Source: Felis catus (Eukaryota). From it: a stretch of DNA of 64,000 nt. Location of the stretch: positions 26,226,001-26,290,000 of the forward strand of contig NC_058381.1 of NCBI RefSeq assembly GCF_018350175.1. Reading direction: 5' to 3'. The translations under genes and the position numbers were made by a program. Shown piece by piece: positions 12,587 through 25,922 of the stretch (within the stretch, counting starts at the first letter, position 1; the number at the start of each line of letters is the position of its first letter). A model generated the notes under the pieces. The model saw only the letters and a program-made list of their open reading frames with translations. It did no database searches and was not told the DNA's origin.

Positions 12587-14415
12587 AGTTTATTTCTGCG
12601 TAGGAAATACAGTCACATGGCTTAAAAATCAATCAATGAATGAATAAAAATGTCTGTAATGAACCATTTTTCTCCTCTTGGCTCCCTATCCGCCCAGTTT
12701 CTTTCAATCCCTGCCACCCATAACCATTGTTCCTAATTTCTTTGTGGCATTTCTTTTTGCATATACAAGCAAAATACAGAATCTCAAATCCTTTCTTTTG
12801 TACACAAAAGGTAGCATACTATAAACACTTTTTGCACCTTGCGTTGTAAACAGTATAAAATGGAGATCATTCCGTTCATATAGAGCTTCCTTTTTCCTTT
12901 TTTTAACAGCTGCATAGAATTTCAGTGCGCATTTCTTTCATAAATTATGTAGCCAGCCCTTACTGAAGAAATTAAGATGCCTATTTTTGCTCTTTTATCT
13001 ACGTATCTTTAAATTTTCTTATGTTTATTATTTATTTTAGAGAGGTAGAGAGACAAAGTGCAATCGGGGAAGTGGCAGAGAGAGAGAGGGAGACACAGAA
13101 TCTGAAGCAGGTTCCAGGCTCTGAGCTGTCAGCACAGAGCCCTACACAGGGCTCGAACCCACAAATGTCGAGATCATGACCTGAGCCGAAGTCAGATGCT
13201 CAACTAACTGAACCACCCAGGCTCCCCTATTTTTGCACTTTTAATTAAATTTCTACATATATCATTTTACACGTGTGTCAAGTATATCTGTGTGATAAGC
13301 TGCTTGGTCAGAAGGTATTTGGATTTGTAATTCATAGTTTCACCCTCCATCAGGGTTTTAACTGATGTATAATTCCCACCATTGCTGTAGCCTCACCAAC
13401 AGGGTGGGAGAGCAAAGTTTTAGACTTTTGCCAGTCTGATGGGTAAAATATAGATACTGGTTATAGTTTCAATTTGTATTTCCTTTATTATGACTAAGGT
13501 CAGGCATCTTTTTTCCCTTTCTGTGAACGTCTGTCTCTATCCTTTGCTCATTTTTTCTCTCAGATTTTTGAACATTTATTAATTCTAGAAGGTTTTATAA
13601 ATTAGGAGAATTTAGCTTTTATATGTGTTAGGAGTTGCTCGGATGTTTCCCCAGTTTGTCATTTGCCTTTTGATTTTACCTATAGTGGTGTTCCCACACA
13701 GAAGTTTTTGACTGAATGTATTGCTCTATCCTTATGGATTCTGGATTTTGACTAGTTTAAAGCCCTTATCCACTCTGTACTTGTAAGGAAAATTTCTTGT
13801 GTTTTCTTCTAGTATTTTATGGATTTATTTTTACATTTAAACCATTGATCCTTTTGGAATTTTTTCTGGCATTCGATATGAGGTGTGAATCCAACTTTTC
13901 TTTTTTTCTAAAGAGCCATCCAGTTGTCCCGACACCAGCAATTGACTGTTTCTCTTTCCTACTTGGCTTAGGATGCCTTATTTCTGTGCACTAAATCCCC
14001 ATATGAATTTGTGTCTGTTCATGTGCCAGTGCCTTAACTGTTGAGACTTCATGATAGGTTTTAGTGTCTGGCAGAGCTGGTCTCCCACTGCTGGTTTTTT
14101 TTTTTTTTTTTTCAGCGTTTTCTTGGCTAGTCTTATCTATTTTTTTCATATGAACTTTAGAATCGGCTTATATTGTTGAGAAACTTATTTGTATTTTTAT
14201 TAGAATTGCTTGAAATTATAATTTTACTTAGGGAGGATTAATAGGAATACCCTTCTCTTGGTTGAAGTCTTCTTTTTTGTCTTTCCAAAGTATATTCAAG
14301 TTTTCTTCATAAGGTCCCACACATTTTCTGTTAGGTATTTCATCTTGTTCATTACTATTATAAATGCAGTCTTCCTTCCAGTACATTTTCTCACTACTTA
14401 CTTTTGCTTGGTTTT
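12587..14415 (-). mobile_element. Ancient L1 (L1ME/L1MC-like) 3' region, antisense to TBX4, interrupting an L2 relic
   Basis: T-rich L1M-type text (ctttcttttgtacacaaaaggtagcatacta, tttcatatgaactttagaatc); L2-like 3' sequence on both sides (about 12430-12580 and 14420-14820). Confidence 0.65.
13011..13227 (-). mobile_element. Carnivore tRNA-derived SINE (Can-SINE, feliform type)
   Basis: Reverse complement of ggggNgcctgggtggctcag head, (CT)n tract and A tail; imperfect TSD ctatttttgc(t/a)ctttta. Confidence 0.9.
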
Positions 14416-14460
14416 TGGATTACTGTGTGACTTCCCCACCAGATAGGAAACCATAAGGTT

Positions 14461-14725
14461 TTTGTTTGCTTGCTTGCTTGCTTTTGGTTTATTTATTTAT
14501 TTATTTATTAAAAAAAAATTTTTTTTAGTGTTTGTTTATTTTTGAAAGAGTGAGACAGAGCATGAGCGGGGTAGAGGCAGAGAGAGAGGGAGACAGAATC
14601 CGAAGCAGGCTCCAGGCTCTGAGCTGTCAGCACAGAGCCCAACAGGGGCCTGGAACCCACAAACCATGAGATCATGATTGGAGCAGAAGTCAGATGCTTA
14701 ACCGACTGAGCCACCTAGGCACCCC
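14461..14725 (-). mobile_element. Can-SINE with 14-bp TSD
   Basis: TSD gaaaccataaggtt at 14447-14460 and 14727-14740. Confidence 0.92.
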
Positions 14726-15439
14726 AGAAACCATAAGGTTAAATCACCATTGTATCCTAGTGCCTGTTACTGTGTCTGGAACAGTGGATGCTGGTAAGCA
14801 GTAAGCGAATGAGTGAACCGGCTGAAGGGGGTAGTATTTGGTGTTTAGACAGAGAAGGCATGTCCTCCACCAGGGGCTGACATCCCTCCAAAGCTTATGC
14901 TGTCAACTTGTCAGTAGGGACTCAGAGCTACTTTTCCTCTTTTCCTCTTTTTCTCCCACATTTGCTGAGCCCTGACAATGTGCCGAGCCCTTGCTGGATG
15001 TGTTGGGAGATACAGATGCCCCATACACTCCAGATCAGGCCTGGTACCCCTGGCCAGGTACACATATGAGCTCAGGCTCAGAAATTAGTATCAATTCTAG
15101 CTCTGCCTCCCACTGGCTGTCTGAGGTTGGGAAAATTCCTTCACCTCCCTGAGCCACAGTCAGTGGGTCTAATAATAATGCCTACTTTACAGAGATGTCG
15201 TAAAGAGTAATTACATGATGTGTGTAGGTTCCTCGGCACAGGGCCTGGCACCTAGGCTATGCTCCATAAACACTGGCTGCTAGCGCAGAGACTGTGGGAG
15301 AAGGCAGAGGGTTTCTGGAACCCTGAGCTGCTGCCCTGGGAGTGAGACCTAAGGCATATCAGTTGGCTAACTCAGTTCTAGTTTAGATATTCTTTCAGCC
15401 AATCACTTACCTTTCTGGGTCTCCGCTTTTTTTCTTCTT

Positions 15440-15639
15440 TAAAAAAGATGTTTTTTTAACATGTATTCAGTTTTGAGAGACAGAGCTCTCTCAGAGAGAG
15501 AGGTAGACACAATCCGAAGCAGGCTCCAAGCTCTGAGCTGTCAACACAGAGCCCGATGTGGAGCTCAAACCTACAAACTGTGAGATCACGACCTGAGCCG
15601 AAGTTGGACGCTTAACTTACTGAGCCACCCAGGTGCTCC
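15440..15639 (-). mobile_element. Can-SINE
   Basis: ...gagccgaagttggacgcttaacttactgagccacccaggtgctcc, reverse complement of SINE head. Confidence 0.9.
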
Positions 15640-15909
15640 TCTTCTTTTTATGCAAGCTGTAGATCCTGTCTCTGTCCTTCCCTCTTTGCAGGACTGGAGA
15701 GTGTAAGAAGGAGGATGGAGAAGGTAGTCTTAGAAAGTAAAACTATGATGCAGGGGAAAATCTGGTTTTAATAGATGACAAAATGGACATTAGCCACACT
15801 TGTATGGCTAGCATTCAGATACACTGCATTCTGTGATGGACAATAGGGCCTGGTGAGTCCTCATCTCGTACGGTGTTTGGTTGACACTTTGTTATTCGTT
15901 ACTGAGTAT

Positions 15910-16095
15910 GTTGTTGAGAGCAGTGTGTGCTCTCTCGAAAGTCGTCTGGAATCTTCTCAGGATTCTGTCTCCAACCAGCTATGTGTTCTTGGGCAAGTCA
16001 CGTTCCCACTACAAGCCTCCTGTTCCTCATCTGTAAATTAGGAGGTTGGACTAGAATGATTTCTAAGGTCTGCCTCTCCATGCCCTAATGTTCTG
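15910..16095 (+). mobile_element. MIR (MIR3/MIRc-like)
   Basis: ttgggcaagtcac...cctcatctgtaaattaggaggttggactagaatgatttctaagg. Confidence 0.7.
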
Positions 16096-18128
16096 TGATT
16101 CTAATGCAGATAAATCTGGACCTCATTGGCCAAGCACGCTATGGAGATCTCTCGAGGAGATGGATGTTTGGCACTATCACAGTTGTTAAAATAGAACAGG
16201 CTTCTGAATTGTAGCCAGAACGTAATGAATCCCATTTCTGTAAAACAATAACGGGACCAGTCATGTAGTGGGGTTTGTGGATGTGGCTGGTCCATTTGGC
16301 CCAGCATCCTCTGCCACAAATATAAATGTGAGACTCTGGCAAAAGAGATTAATGTGGCGCCTGGGGAACTTCCGAGTAAAGCCAGGTGTGAGTCACGGAG
16401 TTGGTTTCGCATTCTCCTGGGCTGTTGGGGCTGAGGCTCCACTTTATATTTGCACTGGTTCAATGAGGGGACTTTCTTCCAGACACCTGTCCAGGTTCCA
16501 GACTGTCCAAGTTAGAAGGGGTGTTTGGGACCACTTCTTAGTCGAAGACCTCACTTTATAGATAGGGACTGGAGGGGAAGAGCTTGCTCAAGACTTATCA
16601 CTGGTGAACAGAAATCCATAGAAGCTTCTGGACCCTTCTTGACTTCTCTGTGTCTGGGATTGCACTCCCCTAGTGGCTCCTTCATGCCCCCTGCAGGCAG
16701 TTTCTCTCTTCCCAGTTTTCCCTGCCAGCCAGTCTGGTTCCCTCCCCTAAAAGGTGTGTTTGGCAATCTCTCCACGTCGGTCAATAGGGGATCTTGTCTG
16801 ATAGGCTAAGGAGTTTGGCTTTTAACCCAAGGGGCAAGAGGGAACCATCAAAGGTGGCATTATAGATATAAGACATATATTGAGCTCTAAATGCTGGCAG
16901 GAACTGGGGGAGGGGAACATGGGAGGCAAGAGGAGAAACTACAAAATGTGCCGCTCTCAAGCAGTGTGCAGTGTTCCTGGGTGAACTGGAAGGTTCTAAT
17001 CAGGGGAGTGACCTGATCTGATGCGTGGCATGTGAAGATGGAGAGGAAATAGATGTAGACAGGGAAGAGGTGGTCCCAAACCTGGAGAGAGATGGTGGGC
17101 CTGAATCAAGGGTGTGTGGGACAATGGAGAGGTTTTTATCCTGCAGATGGAGTCACAGGACTTGGTCATTGACTGGACCTGGAGGTGAGTGACAGTGAGG
17201 AGCAGGGGAGTTGATAATACCCAGGACTCTGGCTGGACTAACACAGCCTGTGACTGCCCAGTTGGCAGAGGAGCAGGGTGGATGCTGTCATTGGTCTGAA
17301 GGTGTCCTGAAGGAATAGCCCAGCCTCACCATGCAGATGCCTGCATCTGCCTTGGGTCTGTTAGTCTGGTGTCTGTGCTCTCCCCGCACTAGGAGAGCCA
17401 GCGTGGCCAGGGAACTGCAGTGTGCAAGTGCTCATGGGGAGGTTGTCTGCACACATGTTTAATCACTGTGTTTCACCTGAAAAATGCCTCAGAGGTTGCC
17501 TTGTCTCTAGTGAGCAAAGAAAGACAGGAGAGGAAGGGACAGGGAGCTTGTGATCATGGCCCAAGTCTCCCCAGTCCTGTAACCCTGCCTTGTACTTACT
17601 AGTTCCTGTTTTGGGGTAAAGGAGCCTAGAGGTACAAAAGGAGTAAAAGATCTGGCCCTTTCTCTTGAGGGGTTTATAGTTTAATTGAAGGGACAAGAAG
17701 AAATAGGAAGCCACTAGGAAGCAACACAACAGCCAGGCAGACAGTGCACAGGGAGGAAGTTTCAGTCAGCATCAGGAGTTCAGAACAGGACCTAGTAATC
17801 TGGGAAGGCTTCCCAGAAGAGTTAGGCCTTGAGATGATTGCTCTAGAAGGTGAGAGAGAATGGGAAAGGAAAATTGAGCAGAAGGAACTTCATGTGAAAA
17901 GGCCCAGAGGTGGGAATCTGGGGACTTCTGGATGCATCCAGGCCACCTCAGGTATTTAGTTCTGGGAACTTAGGTCCTTTGTGGACTCCTGCAGCTGGGA
18001 GCAGTGCAGGTTGACAGAGTAACCCAAAGGGACTGGGAGGTGTTTCCCAAGTTCCAGCCCCTCTCCCCAGCCTCCTAGAAATGGACGTCCATTGAGGTTT
18101 CCCAAGGGAGAACTTGTGTTCACCCTGA

Positions 18129-18155
18129 GTTGTTGTTGTTGTTGTTGTTGTTGTT
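18129..18155. repeat. (GTT)n microsatellite
   Basis: Direct read. Confidence 0.92.
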
Positions 18156-19339
18156 TTTAATCTGGCTGGCTCCCAGTTGAGCAGTGGGTCCCCAGCTGCA
18201 GGACCTGGCTTGAGGTTTGGAGTGCTCTGTACCTGCCCTGAAAGTCCAGAAGTTTATCACTGGGGTTTAGTGGGGCACAACCAGTGCAGAAGGCAGAAAA
18301 TCAAGCTCCTGCTGGATGAAGTTACCAGGCCAAACTGAGGAGCCCAGGGAAAGCCAGAGGCCACAGCCCAGCTCCTGACCCACCTGCTTCCTCAGCTGAG
18401 CCTGCCCTCTGAGCTGTCTCTGTCCCCAGCGTGTGCTGAAAGTGGAGCCTTCCCAGACTAAGACTTCTGCCTTGGTTTTCCATGGAAGAGCCTGGCTCTG
18501 GCCTTTCTTTTGGCAGTCTGGTCGCTCAGGGGTTTAATCTTGCAACAAGCTTCAGCATCAGGCCTGTCACTGGGAATGGGGAAAGGTGGGAGCCAGCAGG
18601 GCTAGCCCAGGAAGGGGCACTCCTGGAAGGAAAGGAAGGAAAGAAAGGAGGTGAGAGAGTAATGGGGCCAGAGGGCCGGCCTTGCCCAGCCAGGATAGGA
18701 GCCAAAGGGTTAACAAAAGCAGCGGTGCTGATAAAATGCCCCAAATTCCTGGTCCTGCCTCCAATGGGGAGGGCGTCTGGCAAATGTCAACGATAAAAAA
18801 TACATTTTAATGGCACATGATTCAGCCGCTACCGTGGGGCACAGCTGAATGAAGCAGGTTTGGAGCAGCAACTACTGTGTGTTACTCCCGGGGCTGTGGG
18901 GCCAAGCCTCCTGGGCTCTTCGTGTCTGGTGGGGTGGCCCTCCTCCCCAGTCCCAGGCATCCCCAAGGGCCAGTAGGTTCCTGGGGCCTCTGGCCTTCTC
19001 TGGCATTACTTCTGGAACTTTGCTGTCTCCTACCTCGGCACCTGGAATTCTAGCCCACGATGGAGCTTCTCTCCAGGCTGTGAGGTGTCTTGGGCAGGTC
19101 TGAGGGCAGGATGTAGCTGGGTTTCCCCGGCATCCCTTCCACAGGCCTCTGCAAATGTTGAGACAGATGGAAAAGAGTCAGAGTGGGACTCTTTCCTCCG
19201 CTCCTCCGCCATTCTGCACACCCAGTCAGGTATCTATAAGAAAGGCCAGTCACATGATGGGGAGTGGGGAGGAGCAGGAGAGGTGGGAGAAGAATGAGAG
19301 GATCTGGGTAAAGAGTCAATTGAAGCAGGAAACCTGAGG

Positions 19340-19500
19340 GGTAAGTTATATATTAGGATTCCATTTTACAAATATGAAAGCTAGGGCTCAGATAAGTCCA
19401 GTGATTTGCCTGAGGTCACATGGCAAGTCAGTGGCACCCTGGGACTTTGCCTACGGCTTGGGATTCCACCTGCTACAATATACTGAGGTCAGTTGAGCTT
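19340..19500 (-). mobile_element. MIR
   Basis: ccattttacaaatatgaaagctagggctcaga...ttgcctgaggtcacatggcaagtcagtggc. Confidence 0.7.
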
Positions 19501-19719
19501 TTAAATGTTTGGTTCTCCATTACTGCAGTAAAACAATCTGTGCCATTAGGAAGGCCAGGTTTTGGTTCCAGAGCAGAGAGGCTGAGTGGGGACCATGGGG
19601 GCTGAACTGGCGCTCCGGGACCTGGTTCTTCACTTGGGAGCATTAGCACCTTTCTGGCCGTAGTCAGGCCCTGGAGCCTGGGCTTTTAGGAGAATGCAAG
19701 CCAGCCCAAGGCCAGCTGA

Positions 19720-19938
<219 letters not shown>

Positions 19939-20882
19939 TAGCCCCCACTGCTGATGCTGCCTGGCATTTCTGTGCTACTACAGAAAGGCAGGAAGTGACG
20001 TCCCCATGCAGTGCGGCTGAGACGCCCCAGACACCTATATTGTTCCTCAGAGCAGTGAGAAATTGGATGATGAGCAGGAAAGTAGACCAGACCCCTAAAT
20101 CTTCAGTGCAAAGTAATTATGGAGAATGGACCAAGTTGGCAACTGTAGAAGCCAAGAGCATGGATCTTGCCCTGTGGCTTGAGTGTTAGTTAGCCATTTT
20201 GTTCTACAAACTTCTTCTCCCTGGTGGGATTTAAAAGTTGATTCTGGCCTGTCAAGGAAGGGGAGAGAATGGGGAAAGGAGCCCAGGGTACTGTCAGCTG
20301 TAGAAGAGCCAGGACTGAGCCTTCTGGAGGCCATTCCCAGGCTGCAGTCAGAGAGGTCCGCCTCCCACCCTACACCCCCTTCCATAGCCTGACCGTCCCA
20401 AACTGCCTCCAGACCCCTGCATGGGCTGCTGTCCCCTGTCTCTCTGCCTTTGCCCATGCTACCCTTCTTGGGGCATCATGCATATTGGGACTGGCGAGGT
20501 GGGCTTGGGGATACTGGGGAAGGGCCATAGGCTGTGGCAAATTTTAGGCAGAACATTGACAGATTTGTACGGTCACTTGGAAGCTGAGGTGGCAGTTGTA
20601 CTGGACAAGGGTGACGCAGATGGGAAGCTGTTCCAGGCACAGTGGGACAGGAGGACAGGAGACAGAATCAGAAGGTCTGCAGTTAGTAGAATGGATGAAA
20701 GCTAGCAAGGAGCCAGATGTGAACAGTGAGGCCAAGGAGGACCCAGCAAGACTGCAGCTGGTCTTGGGCTTGGGTGTGCAACTTACCCAGGCTCTGAATG
20801 TCTGAATGTGCCTGGGGCAGTGGGGGAGGGCCCAAAGCCAGTCCAGCCCTCTACCCCAGCAACTCTGTGTGTCCTCTCCTGA

Positions 20883-20996
<114 letters not shown>

Positions 20997-21099
20997 TAGG
21001 GAGGGCAGGCCGGCTGGGTTCAGGCACACAGACCTGGTAACCCTCAAAGTATCTTTACTCTCTTCCTGTCTCCCTCTGACTGTCCTCCCACACCTCCAG

Positions 21100-21335
21100 C
21101 AAAGAATATCCTGTGATCTCAAAAAGCATCATGAGACAGAGGCTTGTCTCCACCCAGCTCTCAGCCAAGCCTGATGTCAGCCCCCTGCATGGTGCCCACC
21201 AGGCGCTCCAGCACTACCAGTATGAGAATGGTGCTCACATGCAGTTTGCTGCGGCCGAGCCACAGGACCTTCCCCTCAACACCTTCCCAGCCCAGAGGGA
21301 CTCCAGTCTCTTCTATCACTGCCTGAAAAGACGAG
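21100..21335 (+). CDS. TBX4: TBX4 coding exon (exon 8), 236 bp
   Basis: ctccag|C AAA GAA TAT ... AGA CGA G|gtagtt; [79 protein letters not shown]; phases fit both neighbours. Confidence 0.96.
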
Positions 21336-21417
21336 GTAGTTCTCTCCAAGTCTGGAAGCCCTAGAGGGTCAGAGGAGGGATAAAGCTCTTCCTACAAACA
21401 CTTTCCACGAATGCATG

Positions 21418-21420
<3 letters not shown>

Positions 21421-21456
<36 letters not shown>
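21421..21456. repeat. (AC)18 microsatellite in TBX4 last intron
   Basis: Direct read. Confidence 0.97.
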
Positions 21457-21458
<2 letters not shown>

Positions 21459-21544
21459 GGTTATTGTGTGGCCTGGGAGAATAAGCCTGAAAGGTTAGGG
21501 ACCATGGTCAGGCCCCGTGCAGGAATATTGATTCTTGATTTAAA

Positions 21545-21755
21545 ATCTTTTTTATGTTTATTTATTTTTGAGACAGAGAGAAACAGAGCATGAGCTGGGG
21601 CGGGGCAGAGAGAGAGAGGGAGACACAGAATCTGAAGCAGGCTCCAGGCTCCGAGCTGTCCCGAGCTGTCAGCACAGAGCCCAAAGCAAACAAGCTGCGA
21701 AATCATGACCTGAGCCGAAGTCAGGCGTTTAACCAACTGAGCCACCCACTGCCCC
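21545..21755 (-). mobile_element. Can-SINE with 14-bp TSD and internal 10-bp duplication
   Basis: TSD attcttgattttaa 21531-21544 and 21757-21770; ccgagctgtc twice at 21651-21670. Confidence 0.92.
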
Positions 21756-22373
21756 AATTCTTGATTTTAATGTAGACTTCAGCATCCTCAGAGACAGCTT
21801 GTGGTCTTGGTGTCCCCAGACACTGGTACCCCTCCCCCGTTTCAGATGTTGCTTTATAGCCACTGCTTTCAGAGCCTCCACGGGATGGGCAGATCACACA
21901 AAGTCAGCTGGACTTCATCTCTAAGCATGGGAGGAGGCTGAAGCATCCTAGTCCAGAGATTTTGAGATTGAGGCTGTCATTTATCAAAGCAACTTCAATC
22001 CTAAAACAAGGATGACCCAGAGTCATGAGAATGGAAAGGCTTCTTGAGAATGGAAATAAACTACTGTGGATGTAGATTGGGAGCCAGGAAGACAAGCAAA
22101 AGAAATGTTTTCTTCTTCTTTTGGAGAAGAAGAGCCCTGAGCTGGGAACTGGCACATCTGAGCTCTGGTAGCAGTTCTCAGTTTCTCCATATATAAAATA
22201 CAGATGATTGGTGTTTACACCAGAAGAACCCTCAGGGACCCTGAGATTCTCTTGGGAATGGGTTTTAGGGACTTTTGCTTACAATCCAGAATGTTCTCTC
22301 TAGCTCCTAGGGAGCAGCTGGTAGAGTTCTGAGTATCTGCTACTCTAGTCCTGTTAGAATGAATGGCCTAGAG

Positions 22374-22713
22374 CAGGGGTTAGCAAACTGTGGCCCTTGA
22401 TCCAAATCCGGACTATTGTCTGTTTTTGTTCAACCTGTGAGCCATAAAAAATGGTTTTACATTTTTTTAGTAGTTGAAAGAAGTCAAAGGATGACTATTT
22501 CATGATATGTGAACATTATATGAAATTCAAACTTTAATATCCATAAATAAAGTTTTATGGGAACACAGACATATGCATTTGCTCAACTACTGTCCATGGC
22601 CACCTTCGTGTGATAACAGCAGGGTCAAATAGCTGCAAAAGATTCTGTTACAGCCCACAGAGCCTAAAATGTCTACTATCTGGCCCTTTACAGAGAAAGT
22701 TTGCTCACTCCTG
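22374..22713. mobile_element. hAT-Charlie MITE, MER58B-like (340 bp)
   Basis: Termini caggggttagcaaac ... gtttgctcactcctg; 8-bp TSD gcctagag/acctagag. Confidence 0.85.
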
Positions 22714-23828
22714 ACCTAGAGTCACTGGGCCACTTCGCAGGTCCAAGAGCTTAGTGCTCTTGAGAGGAAAGAAGAATTTGGAGAGAAGAGAGAAAGGAGG
22801 GATGAGTAAGGGTGAGAGAGCTGGATGAAAAGAGAGGCAAGTTTCTCCTCTTCAGGGAAGATGCTTCCAGAGGGGCAGAGTGGAGAGATGAGTGCAGGCC
22901 TTCAAACTCAGTCCACTCATCCCCCAGGCCACCCTGCCCTGTGCATACACACAGCTCCCAGAATGAATCCCTAGAGAAAACAGAAGGAGGGAGGCCAAGT
23001 TAAGCCTTTGGACAAGTGTTCTTAAATTTGTTTAGTGGTCTTTTGCCCAAGTCTTCAGGCCTGGGTCATCCCTGGGTCCCACGGGAGGATGTGACACTCC
23101 AGAGAGTCAAGCCGTCATGGTTGAGGAGGTTGAAAGACATGCAAAAATGGTTTGGGGCAGCTGATGTCATCTTTCCCCAAAGAGAGTATCAGTTTAGCCT
23201 TAAAAGTAGAAGTCACCTTTTACTTATTATCAACTCCATTTCTTAATTTTGTAAATACTGTTGTGTTGGAATCTGTATAATAACAATCTGCCAGGATTTC
23301 TTTGAACATATGTAGTGTTTACTTCTTTTTCTAAAAGTAATAGGAACGTGCCTGCGAGTAGCTTTGGCTTACTAAGGCCTTCCTGGGAGCTGAGGATTAA
23401 GGCAGAAACATTGTGGCTTTAATTTTCTGGCTAATTCAGACAGATGTGGCCTCTGGGCCTGGTTTGGCCTGGCAATTGCCTCCACTTTCCTTGGCCAGGG
23501 TGGGCCTAGCCTAAGAATGCTAATGCACATTAAGGCCTCTTACCATCCCCGAGAGTCAGGGTGGCAAAGGATGAAAGCTATATGCCGCCTGGCTAACCAC
23601 ATCATTCAATGTCCACTGATGTGGTATCCCCTGTGGCCTTTGAGCAGTGTCCATAATCTGACCATTTCTTGGCTGCCACCACCTCATAAAAGCTGTTGCT
23701 GATTAAAATGGTTCTGGGAGTACCATGGCAACATGGGGCAGGGCAAGCCCTGAATGGCAAGGGTAGGCTGTCTTGGCATCCACAAGGGGTGTTCTGGGCC
23801 CTGGGTTGGTAGAAATGGCCCTTCCTGA

Positions 23829-24467
<639 letters not shown>

Positions 24468-24576
24468 CTCCCATGTTTCTCGACAGCCCCAGGACCATGT
24501 TCATCCAGTGTTAACCTCTGTGGGTGGCCTGCACTACCAAGAAACACAGGAAGGTATTTCAGAGGGTGTGATGTAT

Positions 24577-24613
<37 letters not shown>

Positions 24614-25771
24614 TACATGCGTACATTTGGAGAGCATCTATCTTCTGATATACAATTGAGGCCATGACAAAAAAAAAAAAAACTACAATTATCTAAGAAG
24701 CGATTTTGGCTGCAGGACCTGGGTCCACTGTTATCTCACATGTCTTGACATGTGCATGGATGGGATGGGAGTAGAGAGTTCATGCGAGTTATTTAGAGAT
24801 TTGGGTAATATAATCTTTGATTTACTCAGGGGCCAGGTGGTGCAGTCTCTCTCATAGGGAAAGTTGGGGGAAGATTCTCATTGCTGGGGTGGGAGGGCTC
24901 TGTGCACATCTTAGAGCTCCTGGCCTTCTGTTAGCAAAGAAGCTGAAAATCTTGTTTGGGGGACAGGAGGCCCACTCTCTTGGCTTCTGGAGTTTCTGTG
25001 AGACTACCTGAGACGTGCACTCAGCTAAGCCACAAAAGCCTGCTCTGAGAGTAGAGCTGACTGCTCAGTTACTGGCCTGGAAATTGATCCCTGGAGTTCT
25101 GAGGTCTGAGGGATGATTTTCAGAGAAGGTCATGTGCTAAGTGCTACCTGATGAGTATTAAAAAAGGTTTTTTTTCCTTCAAGAGGAGGGAAAATGCAAC
25201 CAATAGCATCTCTGTCATCATTCAGGTTTTCTTATACAGTACAAAGCCCTTCCCCTCCGTCCCTGACATATAGTTTCTCACTCTCCGGTGCATAAGACTC
25301 GGCCTCTCAGGCACCATCTGCATCCTGTGACTGGCAATTATGAAACACACTTCACCTGGCAACGTCCCCAGGAGGTTACATCGGAGCTGCCGCCAGGCAG
25401 AGCCTGTTCTCCCAGAAAATCCTCGCCTCTGGAGCAAGAAAGCCCAACAGAAATAAAAACAAGAATTGAGAAAACATTCATTTCTTCCAGTAAATTCAGC
25501 CAGTGAGCTCAGAGAGCAAGGATAATTCTCCAGTGAGGTGAATCGTGTAGTCCCCAGCCCAGCTCTTTAGCATCGAACGTCACCAGACCATCCATGGGGC
25601 TGGTATGAANNNNNNNNNNNNNNNNNNNNNNNNNNNNNNNNNNNNNNNNNNNNNNNNNNNNNNNNNNNNNNNNNNNNNNNNNNNNNNNNNNNNNNNNNNN
25701 NNNNNNNNNNNNNNNNNNNNNNNNNNNNNNNNNNNNNNNNNNNNNNNNNNNNNNTGAATAAACCTAATAAA
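24468..25771 (+). other. TBX4: TBX4 3' UTR (end uncertain) with candidate poly(A) signals
   Basis: Follows the stop codon; ATTAAA 25157-25162, AATAAA 25452-25457, 25757-25762 and 25766-25771; which one is used cannot be told from sequence. Confidence 0.6.
24582..24610. repeat. (TG)n microsatellite in TBX4 3' UTR
   Basis: Direct read. Confidence 0.95.
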
Positions 25772-25861
25772 ATGAACGCTGGAGGGGGTATTTGGAAAGA
25801 CATCTATTTAAAATTTTATTACACATTTGATGTTAAAAACTAAGAATGGTTTAGATAAAAC

Positions 25862-25922
25862 ATATAAATAAATAAATAATAAATATATAAATATATAAAT
25901 ATATAAATAAATATATATATAA
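25862..25922. repeat. AT-rich low-complexity (ATAAATAT)n tract
   Basis: Direct read. Confidence 0.85.

Noticed and set aside
14865-14882. CTCF-like CCACCAGGGGCTG
   Set aside because: One base short in the core G run and no supporting context
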